Shown here in pieces: positions 50,376 through 61,966 of a stretch of DNA of 64,000 bases. Source of the DNA: Vicugna vicugna (Eukaryota). Below the pieces are notes generated by a model. The model saw only the letters and a program-made list of their open reading frames with translations, had not been told where the DNA came from and searched no databases. The DNA lies in assembly GCA_013265495.1 (NCBI GenBank), contig MU061542.1:216972-280971 (forward strand), read 5' to 3'. Position numbers and translations under genes: made by a program. The stretch's first letter is position 1. The number at the start of each line of letters is the position of its first letter.

Positions 50376-53065
50376 ATATCTGTTTGCTTTAAACTGATAG
50401 TCATATAAGTTCAAAGATATACTAAAGAGAACAAATAATACAAAAAATAATTATATTTTCTTGCTCTCCTCTCACACCTTTAATGATCTTGATGTCTTCT
50501 TTTACTTCTTCATGTTTATTCTCTTACAACTCATTGTAGTTATCACATTTTCAATTACAGCTTTCTCCTTTTTATAGCATCCTATTTCTTTTCTATTTAG
50601 AGTAGACCTTTCAATATTTCTTTTAGCATAGGTTTATTATTGCTGAATTCTTTTCATTTTTACTGGTCTGTGAAATTCTTTACCTCTCCTTCTACTCTAA
50701 AGGACAGTCTTGTTGGATAAAGTATCCTAGGTTGCAGTCATTTCTCACTCAGTGCTTTGAATATATCTTGCCACTCCCTTCTGGTTTGTAAAGTTTGTGT
50801 TGAGAAGTCAGCTGAAAGCCTTATGGTCTTCTCTTGTAAGTAAATCATTGCTTTTCTTTTGCTGCTTTTACAATAATTTCTTTATCTCTAACCTTGGTCA
50901 TCTTAATTATAATATATCTTGATGTAGGTCTATTTCATTCTTCTTCTTGTGAACCTTCTGTGCTTCCTGTATTTAGATACCTGATTCCTTCTTTAGGTTT
51001 GGGAAGTTTTCAGTCATGATTTCTTCAAATACTTTTTCAATCATCTTTCCGCCCCCTTTCTCCTCCTGCTGGACCCCCTATTATGTGCAAATTGGCATGC
51101 TCTATATTATCCCATAGGTCACTTATATTGCTTTCATTAGTTTTCACTTTCTCTTCTGTCTGTTGTTCTAATCAGGTGACTTCTTTAATACTGTCTTCTA
51201 AGTCAGTTATTTCTTCTTCTGCATTATCTAGTCTGCTTTTAACTGTAGTTCAGCTCTTATCTCAGCCATTGTGTTTTCTGTTTTTAATTGGCTCCTCTTA
51301 ATAATTTATATTTCCTTTTTATAGTAATCTGCAATTTTATTTATAGTCTCTCTTATTTCCTTCAGTGTTTTAATCATCCCATTTTTGAAGTCATGATCTA
51401 GTTGACTGTTGAGGTCTATTTCATTGATTGTATTTCCAGGAGACTTCTCTTTTTCTTTTATTTGGAAGTAGTTCCTCTGCTTCTTCATTTTACTTGTATC
51501 TCTCTGACTCTATGGATTAAGGAGTATCTGTTATCTACTGTGGTCTTGAAGGGTTTTTTTTTTAATAGAAGTCCTGCAAAGACTCTGTTCATCTAATAAT
51601 TTTGTCATGAAGTCTGTTGTTAGTATGGATGATTGCCATGTCTTTATTTTGTGTGTGTTGGCTGTTATCCCTTTGATTGGGGGTTTGGTTGATGTTGTGG
51701 TGATCAGAGTTGACCCTAGTTGTTGAGCAGCATCTCTTTTTTGTTCTGTGGTTTTCATAGCTCTTACTGGGACTGTCTCTGTTCCCCTTTTGTTTGAATA
51801 GAGGCTTTCTAACCCATTTCTGAGCTATTGTGCATGGTAGTTGGGGTTGGAGCCCTTTAATACTCTCTGTTGATGTTACTCTTGTCCCCATTTTAGCCAA
51901 GGGAATGTCAGTACTCTGCTCTGGTTTCCCCCAGGTTCTGTGCCCTCAGAGCTTCCAGTGCAGATCCACTGATGTCTAGGTCCACTTTAGTGATCATGTA
52001 GTCACACACTTGGATCTGTGGTACACTACCAGGTCAGCACCATCCTCAATGTCATGTCCATATATGGTATGCAGGTTTGCTGAAAATGCCTCTCCTGCAT
52101 CCACACCCTTTGTGAGCCATAACTCCACTTATTAGTCTTAGAGGCATGCACTCACAGAGAAACCAGACCCATAGCAATTGTGCAGTCCACACGTGGGTCC
52201 ATGGTGCACTGTGTTAGCACTATCCCCAGTGCCTCATCCATGTTAGGTATGCAGGAATCCTGAAAACCCTGCACCTACACTCACCCTTGCTGTGTGACAA
52301 AACTCTACTCATTGCTCCTATGTCTTATAGTTGCAGGTCCACAAAGGCATCTGTGAAGCAAATTGGTCTCCTCTGCCTGGGGCTGTAAATAAATCTCAGT
52401 CCTGCCTATGAAATTGTGCAGACCTGGGGTAGGGATTCAGGTTTCAACTCCACCTCCACTTGGAAGCCATACACCAGGAAATATAATGGCTGTTGCTGAG
52501 CCCTACCTCTCTTCTCAGGAGAGTGCACCAGCAATTGTGCCATGGGACTGTGGAACCAGTGGCTATGGCCCAGCTGCATTGTGCCCCTCTCTCCAACATG
52601 CACCAGCAGTGGTGCTTTTTTTTTAATGGGGGAACCAGACTGTTCTCTCCTGCATAAACTCTCACCCACAGACCAGAGCACACTCCAGGCCCCGGAGGCT
52701 GCCTTTGCTCACCTCTGGCAGCCAGCTCTGTCCCACCCTCACTGGCTACCATCTGATGATCTGAGGATCACTGGGACCTTTTGTGTCAGTTTCTTTCATT
52801 TCTCTCTGCCAAGTGGATGCTGTGTATTCCTCCAAGACTTGGAGCTTCCCCTCCATCCTCATTGACCTCTCTGTTGGAGAGGGGTGTCCCAGTGCAAGAG
52901 TGCTATTCTTCCTTTGCTGCTCCCTCCCTTTGGGAAAGTTCCTGCACTAATTTTCTTCTTCTTCTTTTTTTTTCTCCTACCATATTTTGTGAGTAATCTT
53001 GTCTTTTGAATTAGATGATGTTCTGTCAAAGTTCAGCAGGTGTTCTGAGTGAATGGGTGGGTCTT
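50376..53065 (-). mobile_element. L1 5' half (element F): 5'UTR, ORF1 and part of the inter-ORF region; no ORF2
   Basis: ORF 51306-51488 (MKKQRNYFQIKEKEKSP) is the ORF1 N-terminus. The 5'UTR resembles that of element A and ends gtgttctgagtgaatgggtgggtctt, so the extreme 5' end is missing. It directly abuts the 5' end of element D. Confidence 0.88.
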
Positions 53066-54135
53066 GGCACTGATAGCTGTGTAATTTAGCATGTTAGTAT
53101 ATTATAATGAGTGCATAATGAGGCTCAAGTTCCACTGGAAGTCAAGTAAGCCCTCTGCCATCTCAGTCTCTGTGGGTTCTAACCCATAGTTCTTATTCCT
53201 TTTCTGTAGCTTAATCCTGAGACTTAGATAAGAGTAATTGGTTTTCATTTGAGGGAAGGGAAGGAGTATGATATTGGGGGCAATAGCCTTGGTCACAAAA
53301 GGAAAGTTGCTTTTAACCAGAATGCCTGCAATCTGGTGGACTCAGTATCCCCCTAAAAAAATCATCTCCAAAGATTCTGTTCATCCATGAAATTTTTAAA
53401 GGAAATGAAGGAATAGTCTCATTTAATCATTGAGCTAGGTGGTCAGAGTTCTTGCCATCCCCCAATGCCTACAGGCTTGTCCTAGTCAACTGCTTGAGCC
53501 TTCTCTTCTATGACTCAGGGAGGCATGGGAGGCTTTAGCTTTTCTATGAACAATAGAGAGGAGTTGGGTAAAGATCCACAGGTTCAGTTACCTCAAAATA
53601 TGAAGACCCCAGTTCTTGTCATACTCAAAAGATAAGTTTACAGTTGAGAGATAATATATTGTGTAGTGAAATACTTTGAAACATTTATTTTAAAAAAAGG
53701 AAAATTACACCTCCAAGAATGAGAGGCAGGCAGATCCAAGGGAGGAAAAGTGGAGGTTTTTGTCTCTCTTTTCTCTTATACTCTGGCTTAAGGGTTGTCT
53801 TTTGATTGATTAACAGATCTTCTCCTTGGAATGCTTTCTCATGTTTGGCCCCTTTTGTGCATGTCCTTACCTATGGTGTATACAGAAAAACTATGGAAGG
53901 AGCCTAAAACACAATGTTAATTATAATCCAGTGACTACTGGTTAAGTTCTTTCTGCTACTGCACAATCGTGGCTGTCGGGTTCTAACTGGGTTCTTGCTG
54001 GTACTCATTTAGAGGAAGTAAAGTCCCTTTATGCTGGAGGTGGGCATAATGCCATCTTCTGGACCATCCTTTTTCTCCTCCACCTATCTGTCCAATGCCC
54101 CTACTTATCTAACTAACAGGTCCAGCTCCCTTTCA
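53066..54135 (-). mobile_element. ERV1-class LTR sequence (outer), interrupted by a solo LTR at 53586-54118
   Basis: LTR-like motifs attataatgagtgcataatgagg and tttaaccagaatgcctgcaatctggtggactcag. The terminus aaagatccacagg|tccagctccctttCA rejoins across the inner LTR. More than one LTR may be present. Confidence 0.6.
53586..54118 (-). mobile_element. ERV solo LTR
   Basis: The reverse complement starts TGTTAGTTAGATAAG and has AATAAA near its 3' end. Flanked by ggttc (53581-53585) and ggtcc (54119-54123). Homologous along its length to the LTR at 54820-56075. Confidence 0.75.
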
Positions 54136-54819
54136 TATATATAACAAATAGATAAAATTAGATTGATATGGGTGATTTTAATTTCTCACATAATGGCTTT
54201 TTATGTTTTGTAGTTTTCTCATCAGAAGCCTGTGTTAACTTGTAAATGTAAAGAATCACAGTTCTCTGATATACCAGCCATGTCCTCCACAGGTAAACTC
54301 ACATATTAAGATTCCAAAATAATGTAAATCAATTTATGTAGCTTTGAAATCTCACTTTCTTAATGAATTTGCTGTTTGCATTTGACTTGAGCACTGAATC
54401 AGAGTGGGTTAATGTTTCTTCAAGTTTCCTCTTCTCTCCCTCAAGGAGGTATTGGCAGAGGCTTCAGAAGGGGACCTTGGCCAAAGATATTAGATAAAGT
54501 GACTTAAATATAAAGTCATCTGGGGAAGAAGGCAGATGCATATAAGAGAAAGACCAGCTAGAGGAGCCTGAACCCTTCACTGCAACTCCCTTTAAAAACT
54601 GAAATGTATTTGCCCCAGGGTGATCTGATGAGAGACAGAGGCCTCTCTATACCTACTTGTATTAGTACTGTAAGTGAACAACCCTAGAAATATGAATCTA
54701 GGCATTTAAGTCCAAGAGGGGCAGATATCCTGAAAAAGGAAGAGAAATCACTGTTATATAGTGTAAATAAATTCTCTACCAGAAGAAAGAGGAATGAATT
54801 CTGGTTACTTATTATTTGG

Positions 54820-56075
54820 AATGTAAATAAGTATCTCCAAGGAGAAAAGAGGACACTGGACAGATAGGTCAAGGAAAGGCAAGATGGTCCATAAGAAGGA
54901 TTTATCCCTGCCTCCAGCATAAAGGGACTTTACTTCTTCTAAATGAATGCCAGGAAGAAATCCATTAGAACCCAAAAGATGCATCTACTCCATAGCAAGG
55001 AGGACTAAACTGGACATGACCAAGAACTCATTATAATATAATTAGCATTGCAATTTAGGCCCACACCCCAGGGTTTTTTGTGTACACCATGGGTAAGGAC
55101 ATGCATAAGAGGGACAAACATGACCAAGCAATCCAGGGATAAGATCTACTGATCAATCAAAAGACCACTACTAAGCTAAAGTTTAAGAGAAAGAGGAAAC
55201 AAGACTGCCACATTTTTCTTCCCTTGGATAAGCCCACCTCCCATTCTTGGGGGTGTACTTTTCTTTCTTTTTTTTAATTTCTTTTTATTGATTTATAATC
55301 ATTTTACAATGTTCTGTCACATTCCAGTGTAGAGTACAATTTTTCAGTTATACGTGAACATATATATATTCATTGTCGCATTTTTTTCTGTGAGCTATCA
55401 TAAGAACTTGTATATATTTCCCTGTGCTATGCAGTATAATCTTGTTTATCTATTCTATAATTCTGAAATCCCGGTCTATTTCTTCCCACCCCTGCCCCCT
55501 TGGCAACCATAAGTTTATATTCTATGTCTGTGAGTCTATTTCTATTTTGCATTTATGATTTGTTTGCTTGTTGTTTTTTTTTTGTTTGTTTTCTGTTTTT
55601 TGGTTTTTGGTTTTCAGTTTTCGGTTTTTGGGTTTTTTTTAGATTCCACATATGAGCAATCTCATATGAAATTTTTCTTTCTCTTTCTGGCTTACTTCAC
55701 TTAGAATGACATTCTCCAGGAGCATCCATGTTGCTGCAAATGGCATTATGTTGTCGGTTTTTATGGCTGAGTAGTATTCCATTGTGTAAATATATCACAT
55801 CTTCATTATCCAGTCACCTGTTGATGGACATGTAGGCTGTTTCCATGTTTTGGCTATTGTAAATAGTGCTGCTATGAACATTGGGATGCAGGTGTCATCC
55901 TGAAGTAGGGAATCACACTCCTGGACATATATCCAGAAGGAACCCTACTTTTCTTTTACTAAATAAAACTTTTAAGATTTTTTGCTACACAATAATCTCT
56001 GTCTCTCATCTGTAATCTTATCTTTCAGGTAAGACAAGGACTGAAGTCTTTTCCCCTTTCCGTTTTGGGGAAAAG
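54820..56075 (+). mobile_element. ERV solo LTR of the same family as 53586-54118, split by an L1 insertion; the 5' boundary may lie further upstream
   Basis: Shared blocks ggacagataggt, cctccagcataaagggactttactt, ggtaaggacatgca and cattcttgg(g/a)ggtgta. The AATAAA and U5 part resume after 55956. Confidence 0.75.
55267..55945 (-). mobile_element. Young 5'-truncated and inverted L1
   Basis: Antisense 3'UTR and ORF2 end up to 55910, then a sense segment at 55909-55950. Perfect TSD tacttttcttt (55256-55266 and 55946-55956). Confidence 0.93.
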
Positions 56076-56303
56076 GTTGATTATAAAGACTTAGAAAAAA
56101 GTAATATTTTGATGTCTTTTTTTAGTGTAACTGTGCTAATATATGAACATATATTTTAAGAAGAAAGTTAAATATCATAAATATTTAAATACAATATAGG
56201 AATTAAAAAAAAAACTCAAGCAAATTTCTCTAGTCCAAAATAGTTATGCTGCTTGACTTCACAAATTGCCAGTTCCAGAAAATGTCTATGGAAAGAAATT
56301 AAA

Positions 56304-56336
<33 letters not shown>

Positions 56337-56433
56337 ATGTCTTACGCTCACAAGGACATGTATTGTTATTGTCAAACTGTCACATGTCAAATGAGGGTGC
56401 AGTTACCAGAAATTAATTGGGTAAAAAATTATT

Positions 56434-56938
56434 GGAAAATAAAATGGAGATGCCTCAAAAGACCAAAAATAGACTCACCATATGATCCAGCAATCCCACT
56501 CCTGAGCATATATCCAGGGGGAACCTTAATTCAAAAGATACATACATCTCAATGTTCATAGCAGCACTATCTACAATAGCCAAGTCATGGAAACAAACCA
56601 AATGTCCATCAACAGATGAATGGATAAAGAAGCTGTGGTATATTCATACAATGAAACACCACTCAGCCATAAAAGAATTAAATAATGTCATTTGCAGTAA
56701 CATGGATGGTCATGAAGATTGTCATTCTAAGTGAAGTAAGCCAGAAAGAGAGAAAAATTATATGATGTCACTTATATGTGGGATCTAAAAACAAACAAAA
56801 ACAAAACAAAATGAAAAACAAGAAAACTTATTCACAAAACAGAAAGAGACTCACAGACATAGAAAACAAACTTATTGTTACCAGAGGGGAAGGTGGTGGG
56901 AAGGAATAAACTGTGAGTTTGATATTTATAGGTACTAC

Positions 56939-56970
<32 letters not shown>

Positions 56971-57166
56971 TATATATAATAAAAAACACATCTATACTGT
57001 ATAGCACAGGGAACTTGATATTTAATATCTTATGATGAAAAATAATATGGTGAAAAAGAATACAATAATAGATATATGTATGTTCATGTATGACTGAAGC
57101 ATTATGCTGTACAGCAGAAATTGACACAACATTGTAAACTGATTATATGTCAATAAAAATATATTT
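56434..57166 (+). mobile_element. 5'-truncated L1 (ORF2 end and 3'UTR)
   Basis: Encodes PYDPAIPLLSIYP...MFIAALSTIAK. TSD aaaaattatt (56424-56433 and 57167-57176). Confidence 0.9.
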
Positions 57167-57346
57167 AAAAATTATTTACCTATTTCAGTACATTTTGGTG
57201 GAAAGTGTACATTCAATTTTATGTCAAACCATCTCTTTCTATAGCTATTAGGTATTTGTTTCTTTAGAATCCTAAATCTGATAGTGAATGAGTTAAGTGT
57301 TAGCCAGCTAAAAAATGTAATTGATTTGATTTAGGTAAATATATCA

Positions 57347-57826
57347 TGATGAAAATGGCAATGAAAAATTGTCACCTACTATCTGCTCTACAAGGAATGA
57401 GTCAGTAGCCACTGCAGTTGTTTGACCTTCAATACATCCTGAAATGAGTTCAGGGTGGAGATCAGAAATAAGGCACTCTGTGCTCTGGGTAAAACTGTCA
57501 AAACAGGTCTTCAGATAGTTATATAATTTCAAGAGAAGATTTTATGAGCCTAAATTCTTGCATCTTCTCATATTCAGAAAACCACTAAAATCAATGGAGA
57601 CATCTGGTCCTAGTGAGTAGCGGCAACATTCTGCCAAAATTAGTGCTTGATTGCAGGTATTACTTTTCACTGAAATCACATGTATAGTGATTTCCCCTCT
57701 TACCACTTTAGAGTAATTCCTTAGAGCTATCTGAGAGGTTGTCTTCTGGGCTTTAGTCCTCATTTTGCCCCAAATAAAATTTAGCTCACAACTCTTGTGT
57801 TGTGCTTTTTTTATTCAGTCAATAAC
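57347..57826 (+). mobile_element. ERV1 solo LTR, artiodactyl MER41-like
   Basis: agagctatctgagaggttgtcttctgggctttagtcctcattttgccccaaataaaa...gttgtgcttttttattcagtcaa matches my recall of MER41-type 3' ends. Confidence 0.65.
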
Positions 57827-58368
57827 AATATAACTTTAAGTAAATAAAAATTGTTTTTGCCTTCCAAATATCTTCCATTTGAAGGTTAATATATAATTAA
57901 AACACTTTATTTCATTTTGTCTTCCTAAATGTTATTGATAGTCTACTCTTGTTGTTGTTAAAAAATGCATAAAATTTCTATAATCCTAAATTAACAATGG
58001 TTTTCTAGCTATCTATCATAATCATTTAAACACTATCTCAAACTATTTTGTATATATTTTAATAATTCTAAATTTATGGAGAATAAACTACACATATAAT
58101 ATTTAACATAAGTATTCACTTAAAAATAGGACATACTCCAAAATGAATATAAACACTAAAAAATAATACCAGATTTCTTTTTTCTTGTGTGTGATTATGT
58201 CACATCAACTTCATCATTTTGGTTAGTTCATTAATCATTCTTTTATCAAAGTTATATTTGTCTGTCAGGAACTAGGCTGGGTAATGTTTTACAAAGATGA
58301 CTGAGACCTGAAACAACTACATAACAAAATAATTAGTTTCAATGTCTTTGAAACCAAATACATTTTCT

Positions 58369-58827
58369 TGTCAGATAATAGATTCTGGACTCATATAGGA
58401 AAGACTTCAAGAGCAAGGCATAGTCAAGTGAAAGCAAGTTCATTTAGAGAAATACACACTTCATAGACAGAGTGGGGGCCATCTCACTCAGAAGGGAGAG
58501 TGACTTAGGAGATACATACTCCATAGCCAGAATATGGTATCTCAAGAGGTGAGAGGGAGAGAGATTGAGAGCTGCAGGCATTTAGTTCAAACTAAAAGTG
58601 GATACACATTCCACAGAGAGAGTGAGGGCCACCTCAGAAGGCAAGAGGGAGAGAGAGTGAATACAAGGTGCAGAATTGTTAGTTTTTGTGGGCTTGGTAA
58701 TTTCATATGCTAATGACTGGGAGTGTGTATCTATGGAGTGTGTATCTCTCTAAATAATCTTGCTTTCACTTGACTGTGCCTTGTTCTCAAATTCTTTCCT
58801 GCACTAGGCAAAACCTATTCTCTGGCA
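58369..58827. mobile_element. ERV LTR fragment (-), followed by an inverted second copy of its 3' end (+)
   Basis: 58369-58470 and 58726-58827 are imperfect reverse complements. Three imperfect repeats (gatacacact(t/c)catag...gagag) lie between 58445 and 58660. Confidence 0.75.
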
Positions 58828-59063
58828 AAAAGAGGATAACAGTTAGGTAGTATAGGGTAAAATCCACATTTGGTAATAACTTTTTATACAAAATAGAAAA
58901 AGCCCAATCCATGAAATAAAAAGAAAACATAAATTTAACTTAATTAAATTTAAAAATCTCTACTGTAAAAATAATGCTAAGAGCATGAAAAGAATGGGAG
59001 ACACATATGTGATAAAAGACTCATTTTCAAGTTACACAAAGAACTCTTAATACTCAATAAGGA

Positions 59064-61035
59064 CACAAAAACTACTAGAGTTGATCGAAAAATTCAGCAA
59101 GGTAGCAGGTTACAAGATTAATGCTCAAAAATCAGTTGCATTTCTTTATACTAATGATGAATCAACAGAAAAAGAAAGTAAAGAAACAATCCCCTTTAAA
59201 ATAGCACCCAAAGTATTAAAATATCTAGGAATAAACCTAAGCAAGGAGGTGAAAGAATTATACACAGAAAACTATAAACCATTGATGAAGGAAATAAAGA
59301 CTTTAACAAATGGAAAGATATTCCATGCTCTGGATTGGAAGAATCAATATTGTTAAAGTAGTCACACTGCCCAAGGCAATCTACAGATTTCATGCAATCC
59401 CTATCAAATTACCCAGGACATATTGCACAGAACTAGGACAAATCATAATAAAATTTATATGGAACCTTAAAGGNNNNNNNNNNNNNNNNNNNNNNNNNNN
59501 NNNNNNNNNNNNNNNNNNNNNNNNNNNNNNNNNNNNNNNNNNNNNNNNNNNNNNNNNNNNNNNNNNNNNNNNNNNNNNNNNNNNNNNNNNNNNNNNNNNN
59601 NNNNNNNNNNNNNNNNNNNNNNNNNNNNNNNNNNNNNNNNNNNNNNNNNNTAATTTTTGACAAAGGAGGCAAGAATATACAATGGAATCAAGACAGTCTC
59701 TTCAGCAAATGGTGTTGGGAAAACTGGACAGCAGCATGTAAAGCAATGAAGCTAGAACACTCCCTTACACCTTACACAAAAATCAACTCAAGATGGATTA
59801 AAGACTTAAACATAAGACAAGATACTATCAACCTCCTAGAAGAAAATATAGGCAAAACATTATCTGACATACATCTCAAAAGTGTTCTTCTAGAACAGTC
59901 TACTCAAGCAATAGAAATAAAAGCAAGAATAAACAAATGGGTGCTAATTAAACTTATAAGCTTCTGCATAGCAAAGGAAACCATAAGTAAAACAAAAAGA
60001 CAATGTATGGAATGGGAGAAAATTTTTGCAAGTGAAACTGACAAAGGCTTGATCTCCAGAATATATAAGCAGCTCATATGACTCAATAAGAAACAACCAA
60101 ACAACCCAATCCAAAAATGGGCAGAAGACCTAAACAAGCAATTCTCCAAGGAAGACATACAAATGATCAATAGGCACATGAAAAAATGCTCAATGTCACT
60201 AATTATCAGAGAAATGTAACTCAAACTACAATGAGTTATCACCTTACACCAGTCAGAATGACCATCATTCAAAAGTCCACAAATGACAAATGCTGGAGAG
60301 GCTGTAGAGAAATGGGAAACTTCCTACACTGCTGGTGGGAATGCAGTTTGGTGCAGCCACTATGGAAAACTGTGGAGATTCCTCAAAAGACTAGGAATAG
60401 ACTTACTGTATGACCCAGGAATCTCGCTCCTGGGCATATATCCAGAAGGAATCCTACTTCAGGATGATACCTGCACCCCAATGTTCATAGCAACACTGTT
60501 TACAATAGCCCATACTTGAAAACAGCCTAAATGTTCATCAACAGATGACTGGATACAGAAGAGGAGGCATATGTATACAATGGAATACTATTCAGCCATA
60601 AAAACTAACAACATAATGTCATATGCAGCAACATGGGTGTTCCTGGAGAATGTCATTCTAAGTGAAGTAAGCCAGAAAGAGAAAGAAAAATACCATATGA
60701 GATCATTCATATGTGGAATCTAAAACAAACGAACAAACAAACAAATCATAAATACAAAACAGAAACAGACTCATAGACATAGAATACAAACTTGCAGTTG
60801 ACAAGGGGGTTGGTGGTGGGAAGGGATAGACTGGGATTTCAAAATGTAGAATAGGTAAACAAGATTATACTGTATAGCACAGGGAAATATATACAAGATC
60901 TTATGGTAGCTCACAGAGAAAAAAATGTGACAATGGATATGTTCATATATATGTTCATGTATAACTGAAAAATTGTGCTGTACACTGGAATTTAACACAA
61001 CATTGTAAAATGATTATAAATCAATAAAAATTTTT
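59064..61035 (+). mobile_element. Young 5'-truncated L1, same family as element E; one N-gap (59474-59650)
   Basis: ORF2 C-terminal fragments (ORFs 59081-59356, 59746-60081, 60283-60519) are near-identical to element E. TSD core tcaataagga (59054-59063 and 61042-61051). Confidence 0.93.
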
Positions 61036-61599
61036 AAAAAATCAATAAGGAAACAAATTGCACAGATAAATAATGGGTAAATGATTTAAACAGCGCTTCA
61101 CCAAAGGAGATATACAGATGGTAAGTAAGCATATAAACCAATGTTTTTAGGGCATTTCAAGTTAAAACAATGAGATACCACCCTATACCTGTTAGAATGG
61201 CTAAAATTCAAAATGTAACAAATGCTGATGAAGGTGTGGAGCAACAGAAACTCTCCTTCATTAATGATGGAGATGGAAAATATACAGCCACTTTGGAAGA
61301 CAATTTTCAGTTTCTTATAAAACTAAACATACTTTTGTTAATCCAACAATCACAGTCTTTGATATTTATTCAAATGAATTGAAAACTTATGCCCACACAA
61401 AAACCTGAACACAAAAGTTTATATTATCTTTCTTTTTTATCATTGCCAAAACTTGGAATTAGCCAAGTCATTCTCAAAAGACAGATGAATAAGTTGTGGC
61501 ACATTCATATAATTCAATATAATCAGTAACAAAAAAGAAGTGAGTTATCAAGTCACAGAAACCTATGGAATGAAAGAAACCAATATGAAAAGTCCATAT

Positions 61600-61966
61600 C
61601 CTAAATTGTGAACCTATTGATAATAAATATTTATAAACACTGATGCATAGGCCTGTGCTTGTCTTTACATATTAACAATATTGACTGCAGCCCTCCATTA
61701 AGGAAATGTTATGGGGATGGTGGTGGCACCCATGAGAGCCCCTTGCAACACTCGGCCCCTGACACAGATGCCAAGCTCCAGCTCCACCATGGTGAAGGAA
61801 TGGATTACTCAGCACCCCTGTGGCTATGTGCTGCAGGCTGAACAACAAGATATCATGTTTGATTTTTTTTTTGTGTGTGGACAACAACGTGGAAGCTAAA
61901 ATTGACCTATTTTTATGTAAAGCTTTTCTATTCTTCAATTTTTAATAACCCTTGGAAACCAGTGGA
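61600..61966 (+). pseudogene. Probable 5'-truncated processed retrocopy (mRNA 3'UTR end); parent unknown
   Basis: Non-L1 insert flanked by aaaagtccatat (61588-61599) and aaaaatccatat (61967-61978). AATAAC at 61944-61949 precedes a short A run. Confidence 0.6.
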
